A stretch of 50,030 bases of DNA, filler included, from Sphacelaria rigidula (Eukaryota): the NCBI GenBank assembly GCA_964200075.2. It is 3 parts of 3 records of this genome, joined end to end, with 100 filler letters (N's around TTAATTAATTAA, not from the genome) between each part and the next. Parts side by side here need not be neighbours in the genome. Positions count along the whole stretch, not along the records: positions 33,433 to 50,030 come from CAXNAA020001302.1; 2 more parts are not named here. One strand, written 5' to 3'. The notes beneath the pieces were generated by a model. It had not been told where the DNA came from, did no database searches, and worked only from the letters and a program-made list of their open reading frames with translations. The translations under genes were made by a program, and so were the position numbers. Shown piece after piece: positions 38,421-49,656 of this stretch (position 1 is the first letter of the stretch; each line of letters opens with the position of its first letter).

Positions 38421-38910
38421 CTACTTCTTCTGCACTTGATGCAGAGAAAAAAGGTTGAAATGTACTCCTTTCAGTACGTAAACATCAGTCAGTTGCACGC
38501 AAAATTCTGAGGACGCACCTGTCGGGGCGGTAGAATTTCCCATGTGGAATTCGAGCTTCAATCCCCCTACTGCTCTGACGGGGAGAATTGTCCCGTTCCC
38601 CACGATCATGTGCTCATTTCCTTTGGGGGGGGGAAGGGGGGGGCGTACTCATTTGTTGCTTGCCTTAGTCATTTGACCATTGACCACGCATCCCTTTCGA
38701 TTCGGAGCAATTTCCTTTGGGGGGGGGGCGTAAATCAAACATACCAACCATTGAACTACTGGCATGGTGAGAAGCACCATAATCACTTATCGACTCCTCT
38801 GTACGATCATCCACATCAAACCCTGACCCACTCTGGTTGAGCAAAGCAACACCCAAAGTAAAATCACCCAACTCAAAACGTGACTCGCCTTGGGACACAG
38901 AATGTGCCAT
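38421..38910 (-). pseudogene. Copia aspartic protease region (interrupted)
   Basis: ISDYGASHHASS (cf. DSGASxHM), then IVGNG...LTDVYVLKGVHFNLFSL. Confidence 0.8.
38616..38728 (-). mobile_element. Oligo(C)-tailed family, copy 6: 76-bp insert (38634-38709) with 18-bp TSD inside the copia protease region
   Basis: atttcctttggggggggg is duplicated at 38616-38633 and 38710-38727. Removing the insert restores FDLRPPPKGN-EHMIVGNGTILPV in frame. Confidence 0.88.
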
Positions 38911-39370
38911 GCACAGGTGAAGCGACGCAGAGGATGCAGCTGAACCGGGGGAAGGCAGGTTGGAATCAGGTTGGGCATGATGAGGTTGTTGTTGCTGCTG
39001 TAGTTGATGAGAGTATTGCAGTTGAAGTTCACCTTGCTGCGGTGATGACTGGATCTGGTAGTTGGTGGCAGCTGCGGAGGATTGCGGGGGGTTGCGGGGA
39101 AACTGGATTCAGTGCGCATAACCTGCACCGCTGAAGTCGCTCTTATCTTCCGACACCCACCCGTCTTCATCCGTTCCGTTCCACTGTTGTTCGTCGTGGC
39201 TGCTCTCTTCGTACCCCCGTTGGTCACCGTAAAGCTGCACGGTGTTGACCGATCCGTAGGAATGAGTCCAAGGGGGGGGGCTGGTGCCCTCCGTGACGAG
39301 GTTGATTCTGGGTGGGATGCGCATGACGTACCCCCGAATCGACTTGCGGCGTCACCACTCTACGCCATGG

Positions 39371-40899
39371 GCAAAACGTATGCATGTGGCCCAGTTCATC
39401 GCATGTGATGCATCGTTTACGGGGGTCGGCGTGGTGAATTGGGGGTTCGTTGCCTACAGGGCGGTATGAACCATCAGGATAAGCTGAATAGTCATACCCA
39501 CCTTGAGGCGGATCATAGTGGGGTAGTTGGCTGCCGGGGTGGGCATTCCCGCCCCCGCGCCCCGAAGCACCGTACCAGTGACCAAATCCACGCCCTGCGC
39601 CCCGTCCTTCACGTCTCGCTGGCGTTGTTGCTGCTGCTGTTGTTGCTGAGTGAGCTGCGGTGATTGGGTGGGAATCCTACCGCGTCCACTACCCCCACGA
39701 TCTCCAAAACTGTCTGCACTATGGTGCTGCTGCTGGCGAACACCATTCCATGCACCACGATCACCACGACTTTCTTGTGCGTGCATGTTTCGTTGTGCGT
39801 GGCATTTGGAGTCATCATGCTGCGTCGTATTGTGGAAATGAGAGAAGATCACTCTGTTGTTGACATCTCTCACCGCCTTGTCGTCGTCCGTTTTACAGCA
39901 CGCCCCCACCTCTGCCACCCCCAGTGGCAGCGACGAGCGCGTGGCCTTGAACCCCATCCTGATTCCTGCCTGCCCTACTCCTGGCCAGTTCCATCTCTCC
40001 ATGCGCCGTCATCACCTTTCGCTCCAGGGTATCTGTTGTTACTTCATCGAAAGCAAGCAATACACCACGAACGCTGTCGAAGTCACTTGAAAGGCGGCGT
40101 ATGTAGTGCCAATTGGCATCTGCATCTGAAATCACGACTCCAAGCTTAGCACGGCTGCACCTTATCAATTTCGCTCTATCTAGAAATATACGGGGGTCCT
40201 CTCCCAAGTTCATATCGAGTGTCTGCCATGCATGATCCAACTGTACCTTTTCGGTGGTTGGAGAAACGGTGTAATAGTCTACAACGTACTCCATCCCTCG
40301 CTGGGGTTCCCCAGTCTCACAAGTTGTTGTACAAGCGGAGCATAAGTAATTTTTTCGACTAGTATGCTCCATGCTCTGCTGGCCGTCCCTACCAACTCGG
40401 TCCCAAACCTCTCGATCAAATCCCGCTCATTATCAAAATGTAACCTACTTGGAAAAGATGTGTAAAGAGCCTCTTCGCAGAACTCTTGCTTAAAGTACGC
40501 TGTCATCTGTAGCTTGAAAGCCATGAACTCCTCTCTTGCTTCCTCACCAGTCTTTGCCGTACCATCCCACGCTGCAATACTGCTATGCGAACGTACCCTC
40601 AAAATGCCAGACTGTACCATCTGGGCTTGACCCTGTGTATGCAGGCGTGCGTCTTGAACGTCCTGAAATGCTGCTGTAGTAATCGTAGGTTGGAATCGCT
40701 GCTGGGGGGGCGTAGCTCTTGTTGCTGATGCGCGCACTGCCAGGCTTGGATCCTCTTCCTGTGCTTGACTTTGTTGTTGCAGGTCTTGTATCTGATTCGC
40801 TTGCTTCTGCATGTATCCTGTTAGTATCTCCCTGGCCGCGTCTGGGTCGGCGCCTTGCATCTTCACGATGATGTCGTTTACTTGATTTTCGAAGTCCAT
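39371..40899 (-). pseudogene. Copia gag (UBN2-like region plus CCHC zinc knuckle), frameshifted
   Basis: ATG at 40899; GEDPRIFLDRA...YIRRLSSDFDSVR; C-IT-C-DELG-H-MHTF-C at 39412-39371. Confidence 0.85.
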
Positions 40900-41035
40900 T
40901 TTTTATGGCTGAATCAACCCTGAGGTTGCCTGTGCGAAGGGTAGCCTGATCGCTAGCGTAAGGGCTGAATCTCCTACTCGGCGTGGGGTCTATGTGTAAG
41001 AAAAGTTCGTGAGACCTCTGTTGTTGAATTCATTC

Positions 41036-41364
41036 CCTTGTTGATTAATGTATATTATACTCTCCACCAAAACGTAAAAATCCAGAAAAGTGCACTGCCA
41101 AGAAGGGGCGTGATCAATCATGAAGAGTCATTCATGTAGAAAAACAACACGTCAGAGCCTAATTCCTTGGCCCCGCGATTGGGCGTGTGCCTCTTCAGCG
41201 GATTCTTTCTGCAACCAACAAATCGGGTATATCCTTGGAAACATAATTGTATCTCTTATTTCCCCTTCACCCATATGTCATAATCCAACCACAATATCAA
41301 TTTCCCATGCATCCAGGTCTGATTACATGCATCCATCATCATTGAGTGTTAGTATATTCGATTA
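41036..41364 (-). repeat. Copia 5' LTR (homology stops abruptly at 41364)
   Basis: Direct repeat of 33433-33759; may extend left to about 41019 (tgttgttg). Confidence 0.85.
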
Positions 41365-41390
41365 CCACGCCCCTGACCATAACCCGAACA

Positions 41391-41420
41391 CTAACCCTAA
41401 CCCCAACCCTAACCCTAACC
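41391..41420. repeat. Interstitial telomere-like (CCCTAA)n tract
   Basis: ctaaccctaaccccaaccctaaccctaacc. Confidence 0.8.
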
Positions 41421-42384
41421 ATAGGGATGCTCAAATTCCGACGCGGTCCTCTAAGCACGCGGTCCTCTCACACATTACAGTATGTATAAGTATGCGTGTT
41501 CCCACGGCAAAGCTGTGGAAGGGAGGCCCAGTCACGAATTTTGTTCGTGATTTGTAACTTGTGCAAGCAGAGAATGTTTTTGGAGGTGGGATATCCAAGG
41601 TCAAGTACTTTTGAGTGCTATGGCCGTCCATTCAATGGTCCGATAGCAATCAATACACAGTGTGTATCCAGTTCATAGGTGGATCACCACAAAAGTCACG
41701 AAGTAAAGGTGAAGAGTAATGCTACGGTAGGGGTGCACACATCATTTTTGAGGATACCATCATTAGAGACCCTTTATTTAGTCCAAAACGAGGGTTGTGA
41801 AATAAGTGAGAGTACGCCAGAAATACTATCCCAATGTGCTGGGGATGTCGCAAATGAATTTGCAGACGGGGATGTCCGGACCTATACTTTGGTGCATCTA
41901 GAATCGCTAGTAGCCCCTGAAGCAGACAAGATTTTGCGCAAAACGTCACCCCTACCGCAGCATGTTTGTAGCTTCGTGACCCCGTGAGGGGATGGGGTGC
42001 AGGCTCGACTCAGATGGTCGATCAATGGACACGACTGCGGTAGTCGATCGATGGACACGGCTGGCTGCCGATCAAGATGAGGTAGAAATGTATATAAAGC
42101 TTTGTTGATGAAGAGGAAAGGAAGGGGAGTGGACCCAGTAGGGGCCGAGGTCTCAAGATGCGACAAACACCACGCACGTATATCTATCCACTAACATCAC
42201 AATATATAGTCATCCCGCGTAGTACCCGGAACTCAAACAGGTATGTCACTATACTATTGTACCTTATCCTGAGAAAGTGTACCTTATTGACTACTCAAGG
42301 CCATCCTACGGACACAGCATTGCTCGGAAGTTTTTATGTTTACCATCAAGTCGACTAGTTTCTATCATTGTTGAATCATTGCCA

Positions 42385-42731
42385 TGTTTAGGTGAACAGC
42401 CTTTTCAGTGTAGTCTACAGTACTGATCAGCCACGGTACAGAGGTATCCGTCTTCACGGGTTGTGACAGTTACATGCGGTGGGATTTGACACCATAGCAG
42501 GCGTATGTCTTGTACTCACGTACGCAATGTCTGGGAACTACGCTTACCACGGCTTTGGGTAGCCATACGAGTTCACTTCATTTTCTTCCTTCTTTTCCTT
42601 CCTTGACTTACTTAGCCAAGCTATGTAATACTGCTCTTCCACAACAACATGATCGGCTCAGCCGTGTCCTTTGATCGACTTCATCAGTCGTGTCTAGCTG
42701 TCCCTGTTTACGGATCACGTATCAAGGAACA
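42385..42731 (+). repeat. 5' LTR, 347 bp
   Basis: tgtttaggtgaacagcc...caaggaaca; 5 substitutions versus the 3' LTR by manual comparison. Confidence 0.93.
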
Positions 42732-45700
42732 CTCAAGGGTCCACTTGATTTGCCAACGGCTTGTGGTCCAAACATTCGACCAAGATGGCAGCACCAAGGG
42801 ACGCGGTCATACCCTCAACAGCGACCGGGGACGACGCGGACTTTAGAGGCAGTTTGTATTAAGCAAAGGCAGCGATGTCCCGATTAGTGCACGGGGCACT
42901 GCCCGCGGGCGGGGAGAAGAAGTCAGGTGGTGAGACGCACCTCACCACGCGCTCGGGAGTTGGGACGTCCGGGCGCAGCACGGGCGAACAACCAGTTCAG
43001 GCTAGCTCTGAGGAGCGGGTTTTGTTCCTGAGCTATCCACTTCACCTGTGGGAGACGTGTTCTGCGGAAACGACGTCACCACTCAGCTGCAACACTGTGC
43101 AGGGGGCGCGCACCGTCTACCTTGTGCGTGGAGAAGGGGTAAAGAAGATGCATTGGGGTCATATGTCCCAAACGTGAGTACTGCACCGAATGGTGTGGTA
43201 CCGCGGGGATTTCTTGATTTGCAAGGTGTTCTAGTTCCCGGGACTTCAGTACAGTATTCACGCAGTGATGGGTTTTGATTTTGTGGGTGGAGCCAGACTG
43301 TTACATTACAATCATGGGGATGAAACGTGATGTTGGCGGTAAGCGTGTCTGCAGGTGGCTGCTGATCGGTGTGTTCCAGACGGATATGAGGATGTGATTG
43401 GCGGTGCTGTAGTATGCTTCTCATGTTGCAACAGTAGGGTGAGCTGTCAGAGGATTTGAGCTGAAGCGACTGTTTGAAAAACTGCCGGGTATTTTTTCCC
43501 TATCTCGACGGGACAAAGTTCCTCGAGGGGATAGTTGGTGCATCCCGTTCTGCGGTTGTTTGTGACAAGATATCTGGGCCAACACATAAAACTAGACAGG
43601 GTTGTACGACGATGTATGATGGTAATCAAAGGAATGCGCACAAGAACCTCACGTGTGTTGTGAAACATGAAATACTGTCAGGCTGATCACGGTATGTGGA
43701 TGACCTTGGCCGGCGTTGAGACCTTTTGACAGGGATATACGGATCTCAACGTTAGTGAATTGCACGTTCTATCATCCCTGAAAGTCTTGGTTTAATTTCC
43801 TCTAACTTGGTTGGTCGATGGGTAGATATCTTGATTACATAACAAGCATTGCACAATCCGCCCTCCCTTGGAGTGTAGTTGAATTTCCCGAACTTTGCAT
43901 GTCAACCATGAAATATGCTCGTTGTCATATCGGGTGGATGGCTCGATTACATGATGATCTCGGTATCTGACCGGCGTTGAGGCCCTTTTCAACAGGGATG
44001 TACTGCTCTCAACGTCAGGTGTACTCTATACGCTTTCCCCTTCAAGTGCCGGTAGATGCTCTCTAGCTTGCTCGGTAGAAGGGTAGGTATTTTGATTGCA
44101 CAAGAAGTATTGCACGATACGCCTTCCCTCGGGGTGTAGGGTAAATGTCCCAGAATTGATACGGGTGATGGCGAAGTGTATTTTCGGTACTTGTTCATCT
44201 GCGGATGAACCAATATACATCTTTTTGGCGCTGGGGTCATGTTTACATGAAGAGCCGACCCAGTCCCATGTATTCCATTTTTTTCGTCACCTGTGGGTTG
44301 TGGGCGCGGGGTACCGTTCCCAGCCAGCACGGTTGTCGACAGAATCATGAAGACCATCTCAATAGGTGCAGTAGGGTAGGACGCTATACCACTGCCTTGA
44401 TTGTACAGGCGATATCGGCATTTAATCATCTCCGTAACGTGCAGAAGTATCCATGTGAGTAATTACGATCAGTTGAATCCTAAGACATATACTCCGTAGA
44501 GTCAATCTTGGTTTAATGATACTGCTTGGTCCTTCATTTTTACAGAGTAGGTAGGGGCACTTCTCCTTTTGAATTTGCTTGGACTGCCCCTTGATCTCGA
44601 TTCCTAAAAGGTGGAAACACGAGAGGTGTCAAAGTGCGTTTGGTCACGGCTTGTGGCATTGACGGTTGATTAAACTGGGGGGGGGGGCGTCCCCCCCCCC
44701 AGTGAGTAAACTGGGGGAGGGGCTGTTTGAAAAAGGAACAGTAATAACCGGTGCCCTATGGGGTACAGACTAAATACACATCACGTATTCCGAATGTGGT
44801 AGGTACGAACAAAAGACATGTTACGCATGACATGAAAAATAAGAAATCCTAACTTTGAACCCGTTTTGGATGTAGTTTTGAGGCTATGAACGAGCAGAAC
44901 TAGTACCAAGAGGTGAACAACAAGTGTTATTGCATGACGCGATGAAGTAAGAAATGCTAATTTCCCCCCCTACGTAATTGGTGGTCAAGATATATATTGA
45001 TGGCACTGGGATCATGTGCGATGGAAGCATGCTGGCACGGCATGCCAAAACAAGAGTGTAGAGCGCAAATTGTTCTTGGTTGGACGGAGTTGTAACCTGG
45101 TGAACTGACCAAAACGGCGCGGGCATGTTCACACAACATGGATAAACAAGTGTGTAACTGAAAGCAAGGATGCGTAAGATACAGATGACTGTTGAGATGT
45201 GAATCTTCGTGGATTTTTTTTACTGATTGTAACGGTCGGTGGAGTGGACATCACTATATTGATGAGGTCTGGTAACTGATACAATTCTGGATATTTCCCC
45301 AAATTTTCACTGTGTCGCGTCGAGTCTCAATTCCCGGTGAGGCTCGATATTCGAAATTGTTTTCTGCGGTAGGTGGCATGCTAATGTTGGGTGGACGCGG
45401 ACCAGCAACGAGCACAACACCTGCCGCGTGGATCTCTCGATGGACATCGGTGGAGAGACGGAACCACGCTCCACGATGCCGACGCCCCCCCAGTGCCGTA
45501 GACCGAAACGAGGGGGGCAAGAGAGAGACGCAGACTGTTTGAAAGCAAAAAAATAGAGGGGGGAGGAAGGATGTGATGTCATGTTGTGCTTTTGATTGCG
45601 CGTGTTGAAAACAGCTGAGCAAAATTTCGCTCTGCCGATTCGCGAAGCAGAAAGTTTGGTACACGATTGATTAAACATTTGATTGACTGCATGCCAGAAG

Positions 45701-46296
45701 GTGTCGAGAATTATTGCTCCGCCAGATCGCGATGTAAGAGTCGCATAGTCTTTGACTGAAATATTTGTTCTCTGCTTTTTTGTTTAGAAGATTGATAGCT
45801 CGAAGATTCGAAAAATATGGCATGTGCATTTGATGATGCGTACGCTATACTGCAAGATATGCGTGAGGATCTTGATTTTGTACTATGCTGCAGGTTTGGA
45901 TACATGTCTGAACCGATACTCAGTGTACACTGTGTTGCTTGCGCCATGGGAAAGCGCAGAACATGAGAGTTTGTTTGCAAATTTCCAAATATGGATATCA
46001 TTATTTTTCTAGTTCCAAGAGAGCTTGGTTTTGGATCTTGGAACGATGATCGGGATCTTTAAGCGCAAGATTTTGAATGGGGTACAGAGAGTTTTGAAGT
46101 ACTATAACTTTTCGAAAGTAGGGGCGCACATATGATTCTGGTATATATTGTCTATGGGGGTGCAGGTGCGATTTTTCTGCAAATGTTCCTGTTCAGTGAC
46201 GTGAGTAGTCTTGAGAGACATCCCCGCTCACAGGATGAATCGCTGTCTAGATTGGTTTCCCGTGAGCCTACCACTGAAACGACTGCCCAAGGGGGG

Positions 46297-46643
46297 TGTT
46301 GAGGTGAACAGCCTTTTCAGTGTAGTCTACAGTACTGATCAGCCACGGTACAGAGGTATCCGTCTCCACGGGTTGTGACAGTCACATGCGGTGGGATTTG
46401 ACACCATAGCAGGCGTATGTCTTGTACTCACGTACGCAATGTCTGGGAACTACGCTTACCACGGCTTTGGGTAGCCATACGAGTTCACTTCATTTTCTTC
46501 CTTCTTTTCCTTCCTTGACTTACTTAGCCAAGCTATGTAATACTACTCTTCCACAACAACATGATCGGCTCAGCGGTGTCCTTTGATCGACTTCATCAGT
46601 CGTGTCTAGCTGTCCCTGTTTACGGATCACGTATCAAGGAACA
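46297..46643 (+). repeat. 3' LTR, 347 bp
   Basis: tgttgaggtgaacagcc...caaggaaca, preceded by a polypurine tract. Confidence 0.93.
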
Positions 46644-48639
46644 TGCCATACTTTAGTGAAGTGATAAACACCTGCAATACTCCATCCAAGTGAATAGTGG
46701 GCCAACACAAAACTCAAGAAAACGCTTATACAGACGCCCTACAGAGCCCCGTCCTTGCGCCAATAAAAGGCAGTATGGAGTTCATACCTGCATTGAATTC
46801 CATGAGCTGAACCGAAGCAAGCCACTGAATTTCCGTGTGGTTATATTCAGCAATGTGAATCTCAATATATATGTACGTGTATCATTTCACATTTTTCACC
46901 ACTTTTGCCGAGTTTTCTCTGGCAGCAAGGTATTTCATCCCGCGCTTTCTTTGTAGCGCACGGAGAAGGCGCAGCGATACATTGCTATTTAGGTTTGTAC
47001 CTATGGCGCGTGTTCTGACCACCGAAAGTCGTCCAAACTGGCTCTTTTTCGCGGGGTGTCGATGCCGAACCACAAAAGCCTTTTCAAGATCGTGGAAAAC
47101 TTCGAACAGAGACCCGGACCACAAAAGCCTGTTCATGGAGAGGATTTTTTCACCGTGATTTTCGTTACGTTCTCGTTCATTTTGGGAGTACGAAGACAGC
47201 GGTTATGCAGCGGATGTCACGAGAACATGAGAGCAAATCAGTTGAAAACAGTTGAACATTCTTAGTCAGCAGCAAACACACAAGTCGAGTGATCTGAGAT
47301 CCCTTACTATTTACTATTTACTTTTGACGTGATGTCTCCAACACCGTCATATCTGTTACAGATTCATTGGTCATTTTTCAATCGACTAGGTTCCTTGTGT
47401 CATACTTCGTCATGCTCGGCATCTGATGGGCCATGCTACATTGGGTGGTAGGATTCGGCTGCCGGCCCACATGTGTTTACAACGTTTTAGGACTAGCATC
47501 TCAATGAGCACAGCAGCAATCAGCCTGATCGCCGATAGTACAAGAAGCATCTACGCCATCACGGACTGCGATATCAGAGGTGGCTCTGGTCTTCTCCTAA
47601 TGTAAGCATGACTTTCCTGCAACAAGACGCTGTTCTGACATCTCTGCTGGACAAGCACATGCCGCTCGACTGTATGAACAGTCGTCTGACTCGGTGTTCT
47701 ATATGTCGAACTCAGCGAATCGATACCCTTGAATGGGGTTAAGCACAAAGGCACGGGTGCCCACCGAACTGGCACCCTTCACCCCTAGACGGTAACCATC
47801 GATTCGTGACATGGTGTCCAATGCGTGCTTGTGTAGAGTCAACCCCGACATGCTCCCAACGCAAAATCTTGGAGGGTAGTTTTTTTGGGGGTGTAAATCT
47901 GATCCAGTTACACGTTACTTCTTTTGTATGAAGTATGGAGTAAATAAATAGAGCGCCTGTTTATAATTTGCTGGTTCACAACAGAGTGCCACGCATATCT
48001 TAGCTGCAACATCACTTCGTTTAGTACAGTATGAAGTAGACATAGTGCTATTATAGTTTACAGCTGGGTGTCACCGATATGTTTTGAGAGCATGAATAGC
48101 ATGAACAGTGTACCATGGTCCGCAGCTTCTGGTTCCCTGCACTCTATATTTGGGTGGTCTGTTTCAACGTGAAGTACGCTGAACAGGAGAAGCGAGCATG
48201 GGTTATGTAGTTTGTTCTTGTCCGGTGGTGCCCTGTGTTCCTCCCTGGTTTTGCCCCGTGGGTGCCCTGTGCCCCGTGTTCCCGCCCGCTGCATAATTAT
48301 ACTCATGCCCAAACAGATCATTGTAGCTTCATTCACGGGTGACCATAAACAGTTGCTTGCAACAACGGAGTGTCGCACTCTACAATACGATGGAGATTAA
48401 CCGACGTCCAAAGCACAACTGACCTAGTCAAGAAAATTGATTGAAAGGCATATACGGTCGCGAGCATGAACGAGCATCTGAACGAGCTCATCAACACGCG
48501 CTATAATTTATCATCTCGACGGATGTGTCATCTTCGAGCGCCGCACTTCAGGGCGTTTCGGGGTAGACGTTCCAGACAGCTGCTAGGGCTGTGCAGCTTT
48601 TTTGCTGTGTGCATTTCGCTACCGCGTTGGTGTGCCGTT

Positions 48640-48820
48640 GCTATTAGTTGTTGTTGTGCTTTCGCCTGGCGGCTGTGCTGTTGCTTGTTGCTTGTTGCTT
48701 GTTGCTGCCGTGCCGCTGCCGTTTTGTTGGTGTCCCGTTGCTCTCTGTTGTTTTTGTTGTTGTTGTTGTTGTTGCTGTTGTTGTTGTTTCTGCTGCTTGT
48801 CGCTTTTGTTGCTGCTGCTG
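48640..48820. repeat. (TTG/CTG)n low-complexity tract
   Basis: Visible trinucleotide repeats. Confidence 0.85.
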
Positions 48821-49212
48821 TTTCCACCGTACTTTTCGCGACCAATAATGAGAGTTGAAGATATGATTGAGAATAACCCTTTTTCCGAACGGCGGTGGCA
48901 TCCCCCTTTCACATTGTTACACGACACGTTGGCTTCTACAAAAATAAGAGGCTCGTTGATCCTTACAGCAGTAGACCTAATAAAATGTTCGTACACAATG
49001 GTTGACAGGGATGACTGCTCGACTTTAGACTTCATAAAGTTCTGAAACAAATATGGTTTGGGGCAGGTGAGCAGTGGACCCAGCTAGTACAGAACGTGTT
49101 TTTGTCGAAATCGGCGCCTGCCGCGACGATTCGACGTCTGCTAACGCACACTTTGCCTAAGGAAAACTATGCACCCTCCTCGCCCGAGGGTCTCGTGCGC
49201 TTTGGTTCGAGT

Positions 49213-49234
49213 TTAGGGTTGGGGTTAGGGTTAG
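49213..49234. repeat. Telomere-like (TTAGGG) tract, inverted relative to 41391
   Basis: ttagggttggggttagggttagt. Confidence 0.75.
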
Positions 49235-49399
49235 TATTAGTTTGTAACATTCCATGATGTTCCCCGTTAACCATTATCTACCAACATTTCTTCAGGTCCC
49301 CTCCGCCAGACCGCGACAGTATATCACCTGCTGCATCGGCATCAATTTTCACTTGAAAAAGTATGCGTGATCCAGATGGACTACCCGAATCGTACTGGT

Positions 49400-49656
49400 C
49401 GCCCCGGCGGCTCAGTCGGTCACCTCGGAACCCCTGACGGTTGGGTCGTGGGTTCAAATCTCGGAGCGATCTGGGATTTTTCTCACACCATGCCCAACAG
49501 TGGAGAGCGACTATGTCGTGGGTACACGAAATTCGAGTTAATGGTCGACGAGGGAAAGGGACTGCTGAACCCCATCAAAGGTTAAAAGGGAAAGGCAAGC
49601 ACCGCAGAAGGAGGATGGAGTACCAAAAACAAATGGGACGACAACACACACACACA
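49400..49656 (+). mobile_element. tRNA-derived SINE with (CA)n tail
   Basis: cgccccggcggctcagtcggtcacc...gggttcaaatctc...acaacacacacacac; appears inserted in a gatgccgattca-type MITE. Confidence 0.8.

Larger units (their letters stand above)
33433..41364 (-). mobile_element. Ty1/copia LTR retrotransposon, degenerate
   Basis: Direct repeats 33433-33759 and 41036-41364 enclose gag-PR-INT-RT-RNaseH in copia order on the minus strand, with multiple frameshifts and stops. Confidence 0.95.
42385..46643 (+). mobile_element. Intact non-autonomous LTR retroelement (LARD-like), 4259 bp
   Basis: TG...CA LTRs, 5-bp TSD TGCCA (42380-42384 and 46644-46648), PPT aagggggg before the 3' LTR; no gag/pol motifs inside. 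Confidence 0.92.

Noticed and set aside
48466-49050. Poly-Q, poly-N and poly-L ORFs
   Set aside because: Open in several frames only because of the TTG/CTG microsatellite
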